Positions 23,595 to 36,400 of a DNA stretch of 64,000 nucleotides are shown one piece after another (position 1 is the first letter of the stretch; every line of letters begins with the position of its first letter). The DNA lies in assembly GCA_002269645.1 (NCBI GenBank), contig NIVC01000023.1, forward strand, positions 620,001 to 684,000, given 5' to 3'. A program made the position numbers and the translations under genes. This stretch comes from Macrostomum lignano (taxonomy: Eukaryota). A model generated the notes under the pieces. It was not told the DNA's origin and did no database searches. It saw only the letters and a list, made by a program, of their open reading frames with translations.

Positions 23595-24727
23595 GCGCGC
23601 GATGACGACTTGCTATGGTCAGCTTGTATTTTGATGTACTAAAACTTCTCGCTTAATCTCATTTTTATTGTTATAATAAACAGACCGAATATATCATTTG
23701 TTGTCTTTGTTAAGCGCATTTTTTCTTATATATTGCAAAAGTCAACTTTCATGAAATTTTACATAATCCTCTGAGTCTATCGTTCTATTTTTTGTGTGCT
23801 TTTTTGTCAACAAATATATAAATCTACAAAAAGTACACTGTAGATTTTTAGAATATTTTGTTGTCGTCAGCGGTTTTCTGTGGCGCAAATATAATATTAC
23901 TACTGTATATTGTTACTTTTGTGCAGTTGCTTGTCTCAATGGGAACTACTCGTACTTCTGTAAAAAATAATCATGTGCAAAAAATACACTATTCGATCTT
24001 TTGAATGTTTTTGTTGCTTTTAGCTGTGTAAATGCTTTAAAATATTCTAAAGTTTTTGTCTGTTTGGCTTAGTTACTCAAATTAGTATGTATGAATTGGA
24101 TATACGAGTTATGTAGAAAATTGAACTCAAGTTCATGCTACTCATACACAATGATCGATAAAGTAAATCTGATTTAAACTAATTTATATGCATCAGGCAT
24201 ATATACTTAGTAAAACAGCTTTCTACTTTCAGTTCAGTAGCAAAGAAGAATACATAGCTATTTTTATGAAAATAACGGCAGCTGAAATGCCTGATAACTG
24301 TCAACTTGCTAATTGGTTCAGCAATAATGTATATTATAGCCAGCGCCACTGAGTATATTATATGTGCACTCTGGAATAGTCTCGTATTTTAGTTGGTGGT
24401 ACATATGAATCCGTCCATATAATACATTAAAATGTGTCTGTATTTGTACTAGATACAGTAGTCCATAATGTCTTCCCTCTGCCCCATTGTGCTCCTTCCA
24501 TTTACCCCAATGTACATATGGTTCTGACCGACCCCTCCCCCACCCAATGTACAATACACACAGCTCTGACTCTGACTCCTAATTACGTAATTCCACCCAC
24601 AGCCCCAGTGTCGGGTACTCATAAGCGATCAACTAGCCAAATCTGCTATTAAATTTAATAACCTTGCATTTCCCACACGCCAGACTGCATATATACTTGT
24701 AGTAGCTCAATATTACACCCTGCGCTA

Positions 24728-25141
24728 TAGCGGATGACTGAATGCTTGAGAGACCAGCTGAGCATCCCTAGCGGATGACTGAATGCTTGAGAAACCAGCT
24801 GAGAATCCCTAGCGGATGACTGAATGCTTGAGAGACCAGCTGAGCATCCCTAGCGGATGACTGAATGCTTGAGAGACCAGCTGAGTATCCCTAGCGGATG
24901 ACTGAATGCTTGAGAGACCAGCTGAGCATCCCTAGCGGATGACTGAATGCTTGAGAGACCAGCTGAGTATCCCTAGCGGATGACTGAATGCTTGAGAGAC
25001 CAGCTGAGCATCCCTAGCGGATGACTGAATGCTTGAGAGACCAGCTGAGTATCCCTAGCGGATGACTGAATGCTTGAGAGACCAGCTGAGCATCCCTAGC
25101 GGATGACTGAATGCTTGAGAGACCAGCTGAGCATCCCTAGC
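24728..25141 (+). repeat. 41-bp minisatellite x10
   Basis: Unit TAGCGGATGACTGAATGCTTGAGAGACCAGCTGAG(C/T)ATCCC, with no spacers. Confidence 0.95.
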
Positions 25142-26099
25142 CGTCTTGATCAGCTTAATCGGATCAGCAGATTCCCTACTGTAAATAACTGAGGGCTTCT
25201 CAGCTACGAGTGAGCATCTGTACCGGAAGGCTCTGCCTCGAGTCTACGTGTAAAACATGAGGCCATAGATTTCCCATAGCATCCACATGTGAGATGTTGA
25301 GCTTTTATGCTTCAGATGTACAGCTCTTTATATTTCTGTGTGCAATCGATACAAAAACGCTCTCATTAGATGCATTTAGTACAAAATTCGCTCAGTTGAA
25401 ATGATTTTATTTTAAATGAAGGTTTTACGAGCTGTTCAACCAAAACGTGACAAATGTTGATAGATAAGAAAAACAGCTGCCTCCATAACTTTTTGCACCA
25501 TTGGAAAAGGATCTTTGCACTTTGGAATTTCGAAGTACAGCGAGCACATCCGAGAATTCTTTGTCGGCACAAAATTTTTCTTAGGATTGGCTCGGTTTCA
25601 CTTTTCCGAGAGACTTAATCGATGCAAAGATGATTTGGCAACTAAGCAAACGATTTGGTAGGTAAGCAATGGCAGGGGTTTACAGTGCCATGTTTTTCCT
25701 CCGGCCTTTAACTCTAGACAAGCGAGTTGCTATGTGGGCGAGTTTACTTTGCCTTGGTTGCGTTTGAGCGAACTGAGGGAGGTCTAGACTAGTGTCTTCT
25801 TCTGTATGTTTGTTTGTATCAGGCTGCACGTCCACCTTTGGAGGAGGAGTTGGAGTTGCCACGCTCCTTGGGGTTGGTCGCCAACTTCAGGTGCGCCCGG
25901 TGCTCCTCCCCACTGGCGGTCTCTTGACTTACTTGACTTAGCTGCAGGGTGGTCCGTAGACACAGCGGGGAGGCGAGGGTCACCCATTCCACTAGCCCCT
26001 GAAGGCCCATAGACAGGCAGAGGCGTGGGGACGTTCAGGGTGGTCCGCCGGTCCGTCCTGCAGCGTGATCTTCCGTTGGGAAGAAAGTGGCTCGTCTAG

Positions 26100-28902
26100 T
26101 CGCCCGAAGGCAATGTCGCGGCCGTTGATGATGATGCAGACCCCAAAGCCGGCGTGGCCGTCTTTGATGGATCCGTTCGTGTAGCAATGGACCTCCTGAA
26201 AATTCCAGTGGTCATTTTGCAGCATCCTTAGAGGGGATGGTGACCTTGTAGCGCTGAAAGAGATTGAGAGTGCGGGGTTCCCCGTCAGATAAGACGTGGA
26301 GCCCGCCGCTGTCTCTCAAGTCTTTGAGGCAGAGGTCAGCGTGGGGCAGAAGCTTGCGCTTAGCCATGGCCCTATGGGGCTGGATTCGAATGCCAGCGTC
26401 AGCTAGACGGCGGGCAGTCTTAGCCGCTTCCCTGCGGACAAAGATGTTCAGCGGATTAATTTTAAGGAAGGCGTTGAGGTTATCGTAAGGAGCAGACGGA
26501 GGGGCGCTCATGATCATGCGACATGCACGCCCTTGCGCTCTCCTGAGAGCCTCTAGACAGGTCTTTATCTGCAGGGCGCTAGCCCAGATCAGGCCGCCAT
26601 ACGAGATAGCGGGCCTAACCATTGCAGTTTAGATCCACCAGAGGCGCTTGGGGGTGAGCCCCCATGTGGTGCCGACAGCCCTGCGTAGTTGCGCGAGGAC
26701 TGCGAGGGCCTTCTTGGCTTTTGCTTGAACGTGGGGAGACCAGTTCAGCCTGTGGTCCAGGGTAATACCTAGACATTTAGTCTGCTTAAAGAAGGGGATT
26801 TCCCTTCCGTAAAGCATTAGCGGCCGAATCTGCCACTTGGTCCTGCTGGTGAACATGATCGCTGCGGTCTTAGTCTCAGAGAGCCTAACTTTCAGAATGG
26901 GGTCAGGCCGAGCCTCTCGGAGGAGCTCATCGATGACCATATTCCAGAGAACTGGAGACAGCACCCCACCTTGCGGGCTACCTTTGCAGACGGGGACCGT
27001 CCTCTGGTAGCCCATCAGAATGGCGGTGGCCGTGCGATGGCTGATCATGATCCATCTGGTGAGATGTGAGTGCGTTTGCCTCTCACAAAGAGCTCTTCGG
27101 AACGCCTCGAAGAGGACGTTATCGAAGGCGCCAATGATGTCCAGGAAGATCCCTAGAGCGAAGCCGTTACCAAGCACGGCCTTCTCAAGTTTATCGACCA
27201 GGACGTGCAGCGCGCTTTCAGTTGAGCGACCCGCCCGAAAGGCGTGCTGGTTCTCGCTGTGAGGCTTGTTCTCAGCTCAACAGAGAGAAGGCGCCAAAGC
27301 ACCAGTCTCTCCATCAGCTTCACCAGGGAGGAGGTCAGGCTCCTCCTCCATTTGATAGAATGGTAGTCCGGGCGGCCTGGCTTAGGGATAAAAATCACCT
27401 TTGCCTCGGTCCATGCCTGTGGGACATAGCCAAGCGTGATGCATGCCCGAAGAAGGCTGCAAAGTTTGCACAGGAAGCCTGGGAATTTAACCGCCTCTCT
27501 TAGGAGGGCAGGTACAATGCCGTCGGGTCCTGGGGCTTTGAAAGGCTTGAAGGAATTTGCCGCTCTCACGATGCGGTCCTCCGTGATGATAGAGGCAGCC
27601 AGCGCGTGACCTCCCTCCGAGTGATCCGGAGTGGTCGGGTGAGCTGGCTCGTTGGGGAAAAACGCAGTGAGCCTTACATCAAGCGTTTCCCCTGGGTTAT
27701 CCGTGGACGTACCGTCGGTGCGTTTGACCGAGGAGAGCTTAGACATTTTGTCCAGCGTAAGCGCTTTAACAATTCTGGAGGTGGGGCGTGAGCCCTCTAT
27801 AGCTCCTCACAGTATTGTCGCCATTTTTGAGCCTTTGCATTCCTAACATGCCTTTTTAACTCATGGATAGCTTCATGATAGGCGGTTTGGTCCGCTGGGC
27901 ACTTAGTTTTAGTTGCTCTGCGGTGGAGTCTCTTAGCTCTGCGACGGAGGTTGCCGAGCTCGGGATCCCTTTATAGGCTTTTAAAGCAGCTAGGGCAGGA
28001 CGCCTCAAAGGCCGCCGCCTTTGACCGAGGAGAAAGGCGCGTCTGGTAAGCGTCTCTGTCAACACAGTCGTGCACTCATCCGCTTCTTGGCATGACGTGA
28101 TCGTGGATGGTTGGCCAGGAGACCGATGGAATTCCTTCAGGGCGAGCCCGAAGGTTTCCCAATCAGTATTTCTGGCGTTCCGTCTCCACGTAACACGAGT
28201 TGCGCTACGCGCGGCCATCAGATTGAAGGAGATGAACTTGTGATCAGAGAGTGAGGACGCTGGAAGCACCCGCCACGCCCCAATACTCTGGTAGAGTCTG
28301 GGCGTTGCAAGCGTAGCGTCGATCACCTCTGACCACCGTCCGTTGTCAAAGGTAGGGGTGAACCCAGAGTTGCAGAACTCGAGGGTTGTAGAGGCAAAGT
28401 AGGCTAGGAGGTCTTCGCCTCTCTGATTAATGCCAGTGCTGCCCCAGTGAGTGTGGTGGGCGTTGATGTCGCCGGCAACCATGAGCTCGTAGTTTTTGGC
28501 AGAGCAGAGCTCTACCAGCGTAGCGAGGGCTCTGGGGACGACCGCAGCATCGCCTGGTAGGTAAACCGAGGTAATGAGGGTGGTCTTCCCAGGAAGGAGG
28601 TCCTCGGATTGGATGACGCAGATGTCCCTGTTAGACAGGTCCGATCTGAGCCACGCACTGAGCGTTTTGATCGCAAAGATGCAAGCTCTGGGAGGCTGGT
28701 TGGCCTCGCGAAGGTAAGTATAAAAACAGTTATAGCCGGCAGGGGCGTTTTGAGGCTTACCTCTGAGAGTCCAGGGTTCCTGGACGAGGATGAGCCCCGG
28801 CGTGTCGAGCTCGGCGTAACGCATAAGGTTGACCGAAGCTGCGACGCAATGTTGCAGATTAATCTGCAAGCAATGGATTCCCTGGCTGCTGATCATTATC
28901 AT
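26100..28902 (-). pseudogene. Retrotransposon ORF2 (endonuclease-RT-RNase H), frameshifted
   Basis: APE motifs: QINLQH, LVQEPW, SVYLP, AGDINAHHTHWGS, NQRGEDL, PTF, IDATL, SDH. RT motifs: KAPGPDGI, KVIFIPKPG, LDIIGAFDNV, GSPQGGVLSPVLWN, CLGITLDHRLNW, VRPAISYG. The YADD segment is missing at about 26890 (ILKV|RLSETKT). RNase H begins CYTNGS and is truncated. Confidence 0.9.
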
Positions 28903-29149
28903 GCAGTTGGGGAATCGTTGAGCAGGTCATCCTTCTCCTTTTCAGTGGTGGTTGATCCGCAGACCTCCATGGGAGTTTCAGCGTCCTCAGCAGTTAGGGT
29001 GGCTGCGGAGTCCTCCGCGGGCATGAGCCCAGCGTGGACGTTACCGTCGCCTCCTCTGCGTGCTTCGGTGCTGTCACTGCCCGTCCCCTCTGCCTCGTCG
29101 GTCAGGTCGATGCGGGTGGCGCCAGCCTCCTGGTGAGTCGCAGACTCGA

Positions 29150-31285
29150 ACTAGTCGGTCGGCGCCTCCCCGCTTACAGCCTGGCCTTCTGGCTGTTGGG
29201 GTGGAGCGCGAGAAGCGCGGGCCCGCTCACGATGCGCCCGAAGGCTCTTGGCCTGGTCCAGCGCGCGCTGGATCAGACCGGACCTCCGGGTGCTCCTGGC
29301 GGGTCTGCGATTGCGATTTCCGGTTTCAGCAGCTCGAACTGCCTTACCGGGCATAGGCAAGGACTACTAGACTTGAAGGACGCAACACTTGCAAATCGTG
29401 CAAAAATAGTTGAAGGCCGATTATTAAAATGTCTGCATCTCCGAATCGGTTTGCATGTAGAACGTTAATTTTTTCGCCAGATTGTTCAGATTTTTGTCGC
29501 CTACCAAGGAAGTCAGTTAGTTTAGCTTCCCACTAGATGTAGATGCAAGAAAATCCTGTACAATGGAGACACCCTATTTTTGGGTGTATGGTAGCGATTC
29601 AAATCTTCAAGTTTAGGAAGCAAAATTAAACTTTTCAAAACAAATAGTTTTTTTTTATTTTTGTTCTGGGGTCTGGGGTCTTTGATTGCCCTTGATCCTT
29701 GATTGTCCTGGGGTCCTTGACAAGGACCACTATGGTCCTTGATTGCCCTGGTCCTACAACCCTGGCCTAGGATCAAAAACATTAAAAAAATTTTGGGTCC
29801 CTAAGAAGGGCTCATGACATAAATACTAAAAAATAAATCTAATTTTATGTGCAGTCAATTATAACAGAAACAGTTAGGCAAAATAAACTAGACACACACA
29901 CACTAGAATACACTTAACTTAGTCATGGCCTATGGCTATAGCCTATAGCCTATATAGTATAGCCTAGGCCTAACCAATATGACAAAGCATAATTTCAATC
30001 AATACTTATACTTTGCAGGTCAAAAAAAGAAATTAGTTCAGGCAATTAGGGCTATGACTAGGCCTAGCTAGAAATCAAATAGGTCTAGGTCTATAAAGTA
30101 TTTGTCCTTAGTCATAGGCCTACCTAGCCTAGTCATAAGTAATGTAAAAAACGGTAAATAACATAATAACATGAGTAAACCACAAAATAATATAATTTAG
30201 CGGTTTCTGCTTACATAAACAGATGCAAAATTTCGGAAATTAATAGCCTTAGGCTTCTGCAAACAGCATATTATGTTGAAAATCATGCAATTCGTCTATC
30301 TCACTAATGTATAGGAGAACGAAAATCGGCCTTCAACTTTTTTTTCCACGAATTGAGAGTGTTACGTCCTATATAACGAAGTGTTCCTAGTGGTCCTTGG
30401 GCATAGGGTCGGCCGTTTGCCTCAGCTTCTTTGCCGGAGGAGCCTGCAGAGAGCCCTAGGATCACCGTAGCCCCCTTCTCCTTGCGGGAAGTGGTGGCGT
30501 GGTGTAGGAGCCCGTTGACCTCAAGGTCAGGGTGCAGCTTTAGCAGGATTTGCCTAAGCTGATCTCCGGACTTAATGGCACTGCCGGCCGGGATCCAGAC
30601 GCGAAAGCGCTGGGTCTTCTGTCGCTCGCCCTCGCTGGCGAAGACGAGCTTGCCGAGCTTCTTGGGCCAGTTCAGCTTTGGCAGAAGCTCGCGTAGATTG
30701 CGGCTGCTCTCCTCCGAGCTGCACCAGATGAAGATGCAGCCGTCTGTCTTGGCAGATTTGACCACGCTCACAGGGCGGCCCGCCAGGAGCTGGTCGATGA
30801 GCGCAGCATCAATGGTGCGCCAGGCACTGTCGAGCTCGTCGGCCGTGAGGTCTTGCTCTTCCCCGAAGACGATGACCGCCGGTTGGAGCTTGACCTTGAG
30901 GCGTAGTTGGTGGCGGCGGTTCCCGAAGGCCCGGCCGTCTACTGGGTAGCAGGTTTACTGGGTGGCTCACCAGCGGGGGTTGTATCCTGGGGGGCAGGGG
31001 TTGCTGTGGCTCCTTTCGGCCCAACAGCAGCCTCGCCCTCCCTAGGTTCCCCCTCCGCCGGTGGCCGGCCCGCAGTATCCCGCAGTCGTCGTCGGCGCTC
31101 GTTGCGGCGTTGATTGCGGGCACGTCGGGCCTCCGTGGAGGGCCCGGTTGCGCGTGCGGGCATGTCACCGGACGAGCCGGCGGCAAGCGCATCTGCCCCG
31201 GTGGGGCGGCGCTGGTGTCAGAGTCACCGGCCGGAGTTGCCGGGGCCCCGGCTTCAGCGGGGTTAAAAGAGGCGGATGACGCCAT
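29150..31285 (-). pseudogene. Retrotransposon ORF1 (Pro/Arg-rich N-terminus plus DUF4780-like domain), frameshifted and interrupted
   Basis: It starts MASSASFNP at 31285. The central ...IFIWCSSEESSRNL...FRVWIP...ILLKLHP...ATVILGL resembles ORF1 of LOA-type elements (recalled similarity, not searched). It is split by the 29358-30399 insertion. Confidence 0.55.
29358..30399. mobile_element. Non-autonomous DNA transposon (hAT/P-like), 1042 bp, nested in LINE ORF1
   Basis: 8-bp TSD GGCATAGG at 29350-29357 and 30400-30407. TIRs CAAGGACTACTAG / CAAGGACCACTAG (1 mismatch). The interior is AT-rich with no transposase. Confidence 0.85.
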
Positions 31286-33444
31286 AGCTGAAAGCGGGAA
31301 GAAGTGAGCTGAGTCACAAAAGAAAGAGGAAAGAAGAAAAAGAAAAAGGACCGCTAGCGACCGGACAACCCCCGGCCTTCCAGCCCATCGGCACGGTCAA
31401 ACACCTTAGGCATTAGGGGGTACGTTAAGCAGTACCACGGCCTGCGGACTGGCAAGCCAGACCCGCATACCCAAGTTCGGCAAAAGCCACTGGATGGGTC
31501 GCCAGCGTCGGAGCCCAGTCTGTCCAGCAGCCCTAGGGTCTGCCTTGAACACACGCGGGGACGGGTACCCTGGGTCGACTTGCGAGACAGCGTGGGGGGG
31601 TCTGCGGCTGCCAGCGGCAAATAGAGGATGCAGACCTCCCACCAGCCTTTACCTGCTGAAGATAGGGGCAGGCGTGACTGGCGGTCTCGGCCTCAGGCAC
31701 GCGTCGCGCTCATTAATCTTTTCGGCCTGGGTGCCTTTGCCTGTCAACCGCCTCGCTCGTCTCGCCGTCTCGCCATTGTCTGGTCTGAAATGGGGCTGGG
31801 GCTATTGCTTTCTCTTATAGCTGCTTTGCTTTGAGTAATCACTTCTATTGAATTGCCTTCTTCCAGCCATTCTATTCAGTGCGTTCTTTTAACTTATTCC
31901 TTCCGATTACCAATTTTCCGAACCCTATACACTAGTATTGCAACCCTATTGTAACCCTATACACTGTGCTTACAATAGCGAAAAAATGACGGTAGGCATC
32001 AACAATTGCTTTTTAGTCAACGCGTTTCAACCCATAACTAGCCAGCCGTAATGGCTGTACATTTCGTCACTCCAAGCAAAGCAGAGCTAGATGCAAATTA
32101 AGCTCTACAGCCCTGTGAGCAGACAGAGCTGCCTGCGACTACATACATACCTCGTAATACTGAAACCCGAATGTCCGTAGCTGTTGCAAAATTATCGATC
32201 GTAGTTAGCGAGACCTAGGCTGGGCATTTTTGAATGTACGTTTATTTGAACAAACAGTTTCAAATGCCTTAACATTCGTGCAGCTGTACACGGGCAAATA
32301 CTAACTGTACGTGCTGTGAGTAGCTGAGGCATATATATGTTATGGAGCAACTCCGTTTTTGTATATTATGCCTAGGTGTAACCATTGTATTTTACAGGTC
32401 AGTCTACACATAGTCAAGTTTTGCTTGAGGTGAAGAATAGCTCAGACCCAGAGAGAGTTACGAGCGGCCCTTGATGAGTTGTGACGCTTTATGTGAAAAG
32501 CAAGTTTTGATTTTTACCTTCGTGACTGAGCTTGACACTGGAAATTGAAAAGTTCTCCAAACCCTTATACAAAGTAGTATACCTAAGTAACTGGACATAT
32601 TTCTCTCGTAAGTAACTGTTTTTCAGTTCTTGTACTTTTTTTTCTTTTGTGACTTTCTTGTTTGTATCGATTCTTCTCAGCCAGCAGTCAGCAACCGCCT
32701 TACAAACCTCACTTCCAGAAAGTTAATTATTTAATAATTGCTTCCGTATATTTCCCATCAGTTTTCTGTGAAGACCAATGCAGGTGCAGTAAAGATTAAT
32801 AAAGCATATCGGACTGCATAGCACAGACCATGGATGAAGGAATAGAAAGGATTGCTCATCTGAAAGCGAGTCTATTGCCAAAACTTCCTAAAAATTGGGA
32901 TATTCCCCCATGAATTTCATTGGCTACTGGAACTTAATTATAGTCCCCCCTAAGTTCTTACTGGCTTAAGGAAAAGAAATTAGCATTCTATTCCTTCATC
33001 CATGGCACAGATGAGTCATGGCTATGACAGCACACTCTATGGTCCGTGCATCAATGTACTGATGGCTTTGCTGCAACATTTTGGAGGGCTTTTCAGTGAT
33101 CCACCAATGAGTCCCAATTGTTGCACGCCTCTGGTTTCTATGGCCACAGCAAACCAAGCACTCGCAGCTTTATTTAACTATTTGAAACGAAAAAGAGGCT
33201 TGCTGTGACCAATAGAAATCAGAGGCGTGCAACAATTGGGACTCGTTGGCGGAGCCCTGCAAACCACTCTAAACCGGTATATATTCTCTATCCATTGAAG
33301 TTACATTCTAGCTTCAAACTCGCAAATAATTTTTAAAATGAATTTGCGGATACATTATTGGATTTTTTATTTGTCTCGCAGAGCTATTTTTTAAAGCGGC
33401 TGTCACATCCGTCGACCAAACAATTCTGGCCAGGCAGACTCAAC

Positions 33445-36400
33445 ATGTCAGAGGCCGGCGCAACAGGTACTGAACAACCGGAAGAAGCCAAAGAACTGGA
33501 AGCAGAAAGCAATGTGTCCAGTCAGACTCCTAGCAGTTCTAAAGCGGAAGCCAAAGAAAAAGACAATGAGCAGAAAAAAGATTCCAGCTTTTTTTCAAAA
33601 GTCACGGCTCAATATAAGTCCATGTCGAAGGATGACAAAGAAAAGGTACTTGAAAATGCGGGAGCAGGAATTAAGCAGCTAGAAGAGCCGATTTCACCCG
33701 AGAAGAAGTTGCAAGAATCGAGACAGCTTACTAGCAAAGAGCAGCATCAGAAATTATTCGAAGACATGGATATCGATTCGATTCGCAAGCGCAGTCAGGA
33801 AGACCAATCTAAGGCACAGAAATTTATAAACAGAGATGCAGAGGAGCAGGAGCTTCTGGAGCAGGCCTCCAATCTCACCGATTCAGAACTAATATCTCAC
33901 GCGTCTGCTGGATTGCTGCTGCGTGGGCTAAGACAAGATAGCAAAGGAGGCTGGACTCGGTGCAAACGTAGGCTTGTATGCGTGCCCGAAGACGCCAGGT
34001 TGGTTGGGTCGCAGATCGGTGATGAGGTTGAGGAGCGCGAGTTCTATGAGGCCTCTCAGTTTGACAGCTTCATGCGGTCACTTGGTTCTATGAATAAAAG
34101 TTTCTCATCGAAGTTGCAGTGTGATGTGTTTATTGTGAAGGGTAAAGGAGGAGTGGACGATACTCGGCAAGACGAAAGCTGCCATCACACAGAGACTCAT
34201 GTAAAATCAAAATTTTACTCAAAAGCACATATTGTGTTTGTTCCGACTGCAGCTTGTTATCTGCAACCTAACAAGCTCTCGCAGGAAGCTACGAAAGAGC
34301 TGAAAATAATCGAACACCAACTTCGGTCCCTCGACTGGGAGCACACCGAAAATTCTATTCGGGTCTTCATGTCCAAGTTCGGCAGCCACGCGACTAGTGG
34401 AACTGTCCACTTCGGTGGAATTCTAGCATTTGAAGCATCCTATAGTTGCGTCGAAAATGAGAGCCTCGAGGTAGGCAAGTCACTGGTTTCCAAAGCACTT
34501 GACAGTGTTTTGCGAGCTGGAGTAGGAAGGTTGTTCTTCGAGGGATATTTGGGGTCAGGAGCTGGCTCTGTCTCTTACAGCAAACTAAAAACCGATGCTA
34601 AAAATGAGAACGAATTCAACAGCGAACAGATAAGTAGAGTTTCCATTCGAACAAAAAAAATTGGAGGACCTATTGAGGTGAGCTCTGAGCCATCGTGGAG
34701 ACGTGGACTAGCGAGCAGCAATCGAACGTGGCACGTTGTCAAATGCGATGCAGAGATAGTCCCAGTCTGGGATCTCTTTTTGAAAGAAGATCTTGAGGAT
34801 GCTAAAAAACTGGCTCAAAGTTTCAAATTGGTATGGGTAAAGGACAACTCTCGTGCGGATTTGTGTCCTATGGGCATTCCAAATGAGTTGGAACATGCGT
34901 TAATAAACTACAATTTATGCCTAAAAGATTTTGCAAAGCATGCAAAAAAATCATCTGATTCTCGCTTGTGGAATGAATTCTTTAAAAAACTTCTTAAAAG
35001 TATTGCCACTATTGAGCGGTTCACAGCCCCTTCTGAAAGCGGAAGTGAGTGGACAAAAAACGATGACCTGACTATCGTGCTTAGAGAATTTGTAAATCGT
35101 ACAGATTTCTTGCTTAACTCGCCAGAATCAGAGCAAATTTTGGCCTCTGTGAAACGGCTAATTCAAATATCGGGCAATGTCGATTTTCCCGAGAAGCAGA
35201 AAGTCGCTGCTGTCATCTATTTTCAGGATTTTCAGCCCTACAAACTGGTACTTAAAGAGCAGACAGTTGTTTCACCAAAAGATTTTGTTGAGATATTGAG
35301 AAGCAGATACTTAATAGATATGCATAAGTTTCTTCAGGAGAAAGGCGTTACTGCATTCCCTCATGATCATGAAATTCAAGTGTTGCAGACCATGCAGCCC
35401 GAGTTGACATCTGCTGTCAATCAGCTTCTTGAGTCGCTTACCGTTGCAGAACAGTTTTACAGCAAATTTGTGACCGCTTGTGTCCTAGCCGCCTATGGAT
35501 TTAGCCACAATGACAAGCAATTCCGGGGCTTTTTAGATATTCAACAAGTGAAACAACTAGCAGACACTATCGAATTGGAGACTACTGATTCTTTCTTCGT
35601 TAAAGCCGCAGGGAAAGATGAGTTCATTCAGGCTCAAGTGCTTGCTGTCTACTGCAGGCACGTGAGGAAAGTTGACAAAGCGGATAGGAAATGGCTGCTG
35701 GACATTTGCGAAAGTCTTTGGTTGGAAAAAATCAGAAAAATCATTTACGAGTTCGTTCAGTCAGACCATAAAAACTGGCAAAACCTTAAAGCTGAGATTT
35801 CTAATGTACTACAGCAATACCAGAAAGATGGGCAAGCGTTTTACGTCAATCTAAATCCACTACTAGAATGCACAGACAAGCGAGACGCTCAAAGTCCAAA
35901 TAAAGTTGAAAGTATCGATTTTTCAAACTCGCTAACCGCTGTTGAAACCTTTGCAATACAAGCTTTAGGCTTAAATGAGTTTTGGCCAGGCAAGCTGTCA
36001 ATGTCGACTGTCATGAAGTTCTCCGCCGAAGCAGTCCCTAATGACACTAGAATTGGGCTCGGTATTATCAAGCAGTTAGCGATGACAAACTACAACTTTA
36101 GAAATTCATCAGTGGTCCGTGTTCAGAACTTGGTAGAAGCAGACAAAGACGGTTGCGGAGATGTTTGGTCTGACAATTATCAACCAACGACACAAAAAAA
36201 TTCCGAATCAGTTTTTATTCCTTTTTGTGACGCTTTACTATTTTGCTTTCTAAGCGCAAGCACCCAGCTCAAGCAGGCACTAACTGAAAAGTTATTCGAT
36301 TGTAAGCTTGCCATTCCACTTCTGTATTCAATTGCAGATCAAAATTATCTTTTTACATGGACCCTAAGAGGTCTTGTGCTGAAGTTTCCTGAACAAGGCA

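Larger units (their letters stand above)
25690..31850 (-). mobile_element. Degenerate non-LTR retrotransposon, APE-RT-RNase H type (LOA/R1/I group); ends approximate
   Basis: The minus strand carries ORF1 fragments, an AP endonuclease, RT and the start of RNase H, with several frameshifts. No TSD or tail was recognised. 25690-26100 looks like a different fused GC-rich fragment. Confidence 0.85.

Noticed and set aside
24728-25141. CRISPR-like appearance of the 41-bp repeat (also 12490-12700 and 58072-58514)
   Set aside because: Units are head-to-tail with no unique spacers, there are no cas genes, and the context is eukaryotic with spliced genes.
33358-33444. TTG start of the 2011-aa ORF
   Set aside because: The non-ATG start overlaps a pyrimidine tract and acceptor ending at 33381. 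The first ATG at 33445 is preferred.
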